A DNA stretch of 39,886 nucleotides from a virus (taxonomy: Duplodnaviria; Caudoviricetes), in IMG/VR virus record IMGVR_UViG_3300037482_000311, positions 1-39,886 of that record; one strand, 5' to 3'. Positions 37,543-39,886 of the stretch are shown here, in pieces; positions within the stretch are counted from its first letter, which is position 1, and the number at the start of each line of letters is the position of its first letter. The notes under the pieces are model-generated. The model was not told the origin of the DNA. It did no database searches and was given only the letters and a program-made list of their open reading frames with translations. A program made the translations under genes and the position numbers.

Positions 37543-37827
37543 ATGAATGTAATTACACGATGCCCAGAATGTCGGGGCACTAAAAAGATGGTCGGTATGG
37601 GAATGACCGAAAGAGATTGTGAGAGATGTGCCGGCAAAGGCACAGTGAGCGTTAAACCAGAGGCAATCCGCGAAGCAAAGAAAGAAGAAAAGATTGTTGA
37701 ACCAATCAAGGATGATGTGAAACATGAGCGAGAAACCGAAGCCAAAACGGTCGCCGAAACCAGGCGCAAATACGTTAGAAAAGAAAAAGAAACGCCCGCG
37801 AACAATGGCGTGTGCGATGTCGCTTGA
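37543..37827 (+). CDS. DnaJ-type zinc-finger small protein
   Basis: CPECRGTK...CERCAGKG. Confidence 0.7.
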   Translation: MNVITRCPECRGTKKMVGMGMTERDCERCAGKGTVSVKPEAIREAKKEEKIVEPIKDDVKHERETEAKTVAETRRKYVRKEKETPANNGVCDVA

Positions 37828-38251
37828 TGGGGATAAATCGGTAACACCTAAAGAATTACCGCACAGTTGGCGTAATCCAGTATACCGCCCCGAAATGTGT
37901 GATCAGATACAAGATTGGTACAAAGATGGTTTGTCGGACGCTGAGATATGCGTCAGATTGGATATATCACGCAAGACATTATATAGCTGGGAAAATGACC
38001 GCCCCGAATTCGCTAAAGCCCTAGAACAAGGTCGTAGTGCGTCAATGGCGCATTGGCAAGCATTGGGTCATGACGCATGCAAAGGTGAGCGCAAAATATC
38101 CGAAAAAATTTGGATGTTGAACATGAAGAATAGATTCAATTGGCGCGAAAAGGTCGAATTAGAAGATTGTGACCACTTTGGGTTAAATCGCACCGTTAAA
38201 GAGCTTCAGAATTTGATTGCGTTGCATAAGAAATTCGAACGCGACTATTGA
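37724..38251 (+). CDS. terS: Terminase small subunit
   Basis: YRPEMCDQI...LDISRKTLYSW...PEFAKAL...WMLNMKNRFNWREK; the start may be 37805 or 37817. Confidence 0.75.
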   Translation: MSEKPKPKRSPKPGANTLEKKKKRPRTMACAMSLDGDKSVTPKELPHSWRNPVYRPEMCDQIQDWYKDGLSDAEICVRLDISRKTLYSWENDRPEFAKALEQGRSASMAHWQALGHDACKGERKISEKIWMLNMKNRFNWREKVELEDCDHFGLNRTVKELQNLIALHKKFERDY

Positions 38252-38437
38252 TCAGTCGCGTTTCACTTCATATTGATTGGTTATTTCTACCCTAAACCCT
38301 AATTCTTCAATCTCTTTAAATCTGTTTTTTGGCATTGTTTTAACTTTCACAAAACGGCACAGTTTTTGCGCCGTTTCATTGTGTGGGTAAAATAATACAT
38401 TGCCGTAAACTTCACGTTGTATGAATTGTGCGATCAT
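38252..38437 (-). CDS. Hypothetical protein
   Basis: REVYGNVLFYPHNETAQ...; TAATG coupling. Confidence 0.7.
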   Translation of the reverse strand: MIAQFIQREVYGNVLFYPHNETAQKLCRFVKVKTMPKNRFKEIEELGFRVEITNQYEVKRD

Positions 38438-38808
38438 TATGCTACAACCTTTATGTTCTTTATAAGTTTTTTAATTTCGGCTCTTGCCCACTTTTCCGTT
38501 CTTTTATCACCAAAGCTTACGGCGGACTGAATCACTGTTCGATAAAATTCTATTCTTTTTAATATTTCTACCAAAAAATGCGGTGCAGTGCTCCCCCTAT
38601 AACCGCTTGCGTTGAGCAAAGGTTTAGGGGGTGGTGAAGCACCGCAAGACGTGTTATCATTCACGAAACCGTCGCGGCAGGAACTGTCGCTTCTGTAAAG
38701 CGGATCCCCATACACAGGTACGGTTTCCTTATGTGTATGCCGAGAGGGCGAAAGCGGGTCGGAAGAAACTCCATCCATAACTTTGTTTGGATGGCAGTTG
38801 TTCATCAT
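38437..38808 (-). CDS. Hypothetical ORF running through the structured RNA
   Basis: GAGG RBS and open frame, but the first ~80 codons coincide with hairpins. Confidence 0.4.
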   Translation of the reverse strand: MMNNCHPNKVMDGVSSDPLSPSRHTHKETVPVYGDPLYRSDSSCRDGFVNDNTSCGASPPPKPLLNASGYRGSTAPHFLVEILKRIEFYRTVIQSAVSFGDKRTEKWARAEIKKLIKNIKVVA

Positions 38809-38850
38809 TTACTGTTACCTCATTATTTGTCATTTCATTGATGTTGTTAT
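38573..38850 (-). ncRNA. Candidate structured ncRNA / attenuator leader
   Basis: Six adjacent stems after a promoter, ending in a 68-nt hairpin (38579-38646) plus U6. Confidence 0.55.
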
Positions 38851-38857
38851 TGAGGCC

Positions 38858-38886
38858 ATCATACAATCTATCAATGATCATGTCAA
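38858..38886 (-). promoter_or_regulatory. Sigma70 promoter
   Basis: TTGACA-17-TATGAT. Confidence 0.8.
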
Positions 38887-39205
38887 GGGGTATTTTACAA
38901 TTATTTTATGAGTTAGTCGACCACAAGAAGTATATCCGATAATGCTGGTTATCAGATATGAGATTGATTTGCAGTTACACGTTGTCTGCGTAATCGTCAT
39001 ATTCAATGCGTATCGCCTCATCCCCACATATTTTATTATCTGGTTGTCGTGTCCAATTGTTAAGCTTGTCACCTGCATATACACCTTTCAATTGGCGCAT
39101 TGATACAACCGTGTAACAATCAAGGCAGCCAGCGTATGGCGATTGCCCATTCCATTTTATTAAATTGTGCCGGCACTCTACCGTGGTGATGTATGAACGG
39201 CAAGC

Positions 39206-39280
39206 GCACAAAGGCCGGATTCGAACCGGCAACCAAAGATTATGAGTCGATTGCTTTGCCATAATTAAGCTACTTTGTGC
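39206..39280 (-). tRNA. tRNA-like gene, anticodon CAT (Ile2/Met type), degenerate
   Basis: Acceptor GCACAAAG/CTTTGTGC, T arm GCCGG-TTCGAAT-CCGGC, loop CTCATAA; anticodon stem mismatched, no CCA. Confidence 0.75.
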
Positions 39281-39282
39281 AT

Positions 39283-39564
39283 TTAACAAGCGTGCATTTT
39301 TTCAGGTGCAAGTTTTTGTAGAGATATTTGTTCTGTTAAGTGTTTGCAAAACAATTTTGAAATAACGTCCGCGGTTATTTCTGGTTTTTCGTAACTTGAT
39401 ATTAATAATGGTGCCAGTATGTGTATTGAGAATGACGTTATTGAGTTTAAAAGTACGGACGGATCAATTGGATTCAATTTGTGTTCTTGGATAAATTTAT
39501 CCAGACTATTATTCAGGTGATTGCATATATTAAGGATTAGATCCTTTTGTGTATCGTTCTTCAT
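39283..39564 (-). CDS. Hypothetical protein
   Basis: 93 aa, GGAG RBS, AT-rich. Confidence 0.65.
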   Translation of the reverse strand: MKNDTQKDLILNICNHLNNSLDKFIQEHKLNPIDPSVLLNSITSFSIHILAPLLISSYEKPEITADVISKLFCKHLTEQISLQKLAPEKMHAC

Positions 39565-39629
39565 TTTTATATCTCCATGTGTTCGATTGCGATATTATAT
39601 CAGGTGTGCCGGCCAAAAAGGGAGTTTTT

Positions 39630-39860
39630 ATGGCAAAACCAATCCCCGTCAGATGCAGAGAAATATTGAAGGCTGTCAATGCCCCGTATGCCTGTTGTGA
39701 CGCTTGCCACGACAAAGAAGATGATACCCCTGGTAAAAGCACGGTTACACGAATTGGCAAATATGTGAGCCGACTGTGTTGTTACGCGGTATACTATTTA
39801 CACCATGAGACGGATCTCGAGGAACGAATAGACGATTATGTATTCCCCGGCAAAAAATGA
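39630..39860 (+). CDS. Small Cys/His-rich protein
   Basis: GGGAG RBS; CCDACH...LCC; overlaps the terL start. Confidence 0.6.
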   Translation: MAKPIPVRCREILKAVNAPYACCDACHDKEDDTPGKSTVTRIGKYVSRLCCYAVYYLHHETDLEERIDDYVFPGKK

Positions 39861-39886
39861 TGAAGTAGAAGAGTTAAAGGCCGAGT
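39838..39886 (+). CDS. terL: True 5' end of terL (MYSPAKNDEVEELKAE), continuing at 139
   Basis: 39865-39886 equals 117-138; ATG 39838 is in frame, with GAGGA upstream. Confidence 0.85.
   Translation, partial: MYSPAKNDEVEELKAE

Noticed and set aside
38579-38646. Long hairpin as a retron msd or IS200/605 end
   Set aside because: No reverse transcriptase, TnpA, TnpB or IscB gene in the genome.

Overview
Near-complete circular genome (~39.75 kb) of a P22-like podovirus, probably infecting a gammaproteobacterium (SSB type; an intracellular Legionellales-like host is my inference). Window 39865-39886 repeats 117-138, which closes the circle. Bases 1-116 are an inverted copy of 38572-38687, probably a chimera, so terL really starts at 39838. 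Gene order: terL, portal, accessory island (HNH, AcrVA2-like), scaffold, coat, head-tail and ejection genes, repeat-built tail fibres, RusA, lysozyme-like protein, leftward RecE/RecT operon, RHH regulators, initiator with iterons, primase-helicase, a cassette of effector-like membrane/low-complexity proteins, SSB, leftward small-gene array, terS, and an antisense island with a structured RNA and a degenerate tRNA(CAT). I found no integrase, cI or parAB. Most notable: a perfect chromosomal-type parS palindrome, an endonuclease VII gene flanked by a recoded duplicate of its target gene's first 8 codons, the effector-like cassette with anti-SD hairpin RNAs, a ~280-nt structured RNA, and repeated translation-initiation cassettes. 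Family calls come from motif recognition only; no searches were run.
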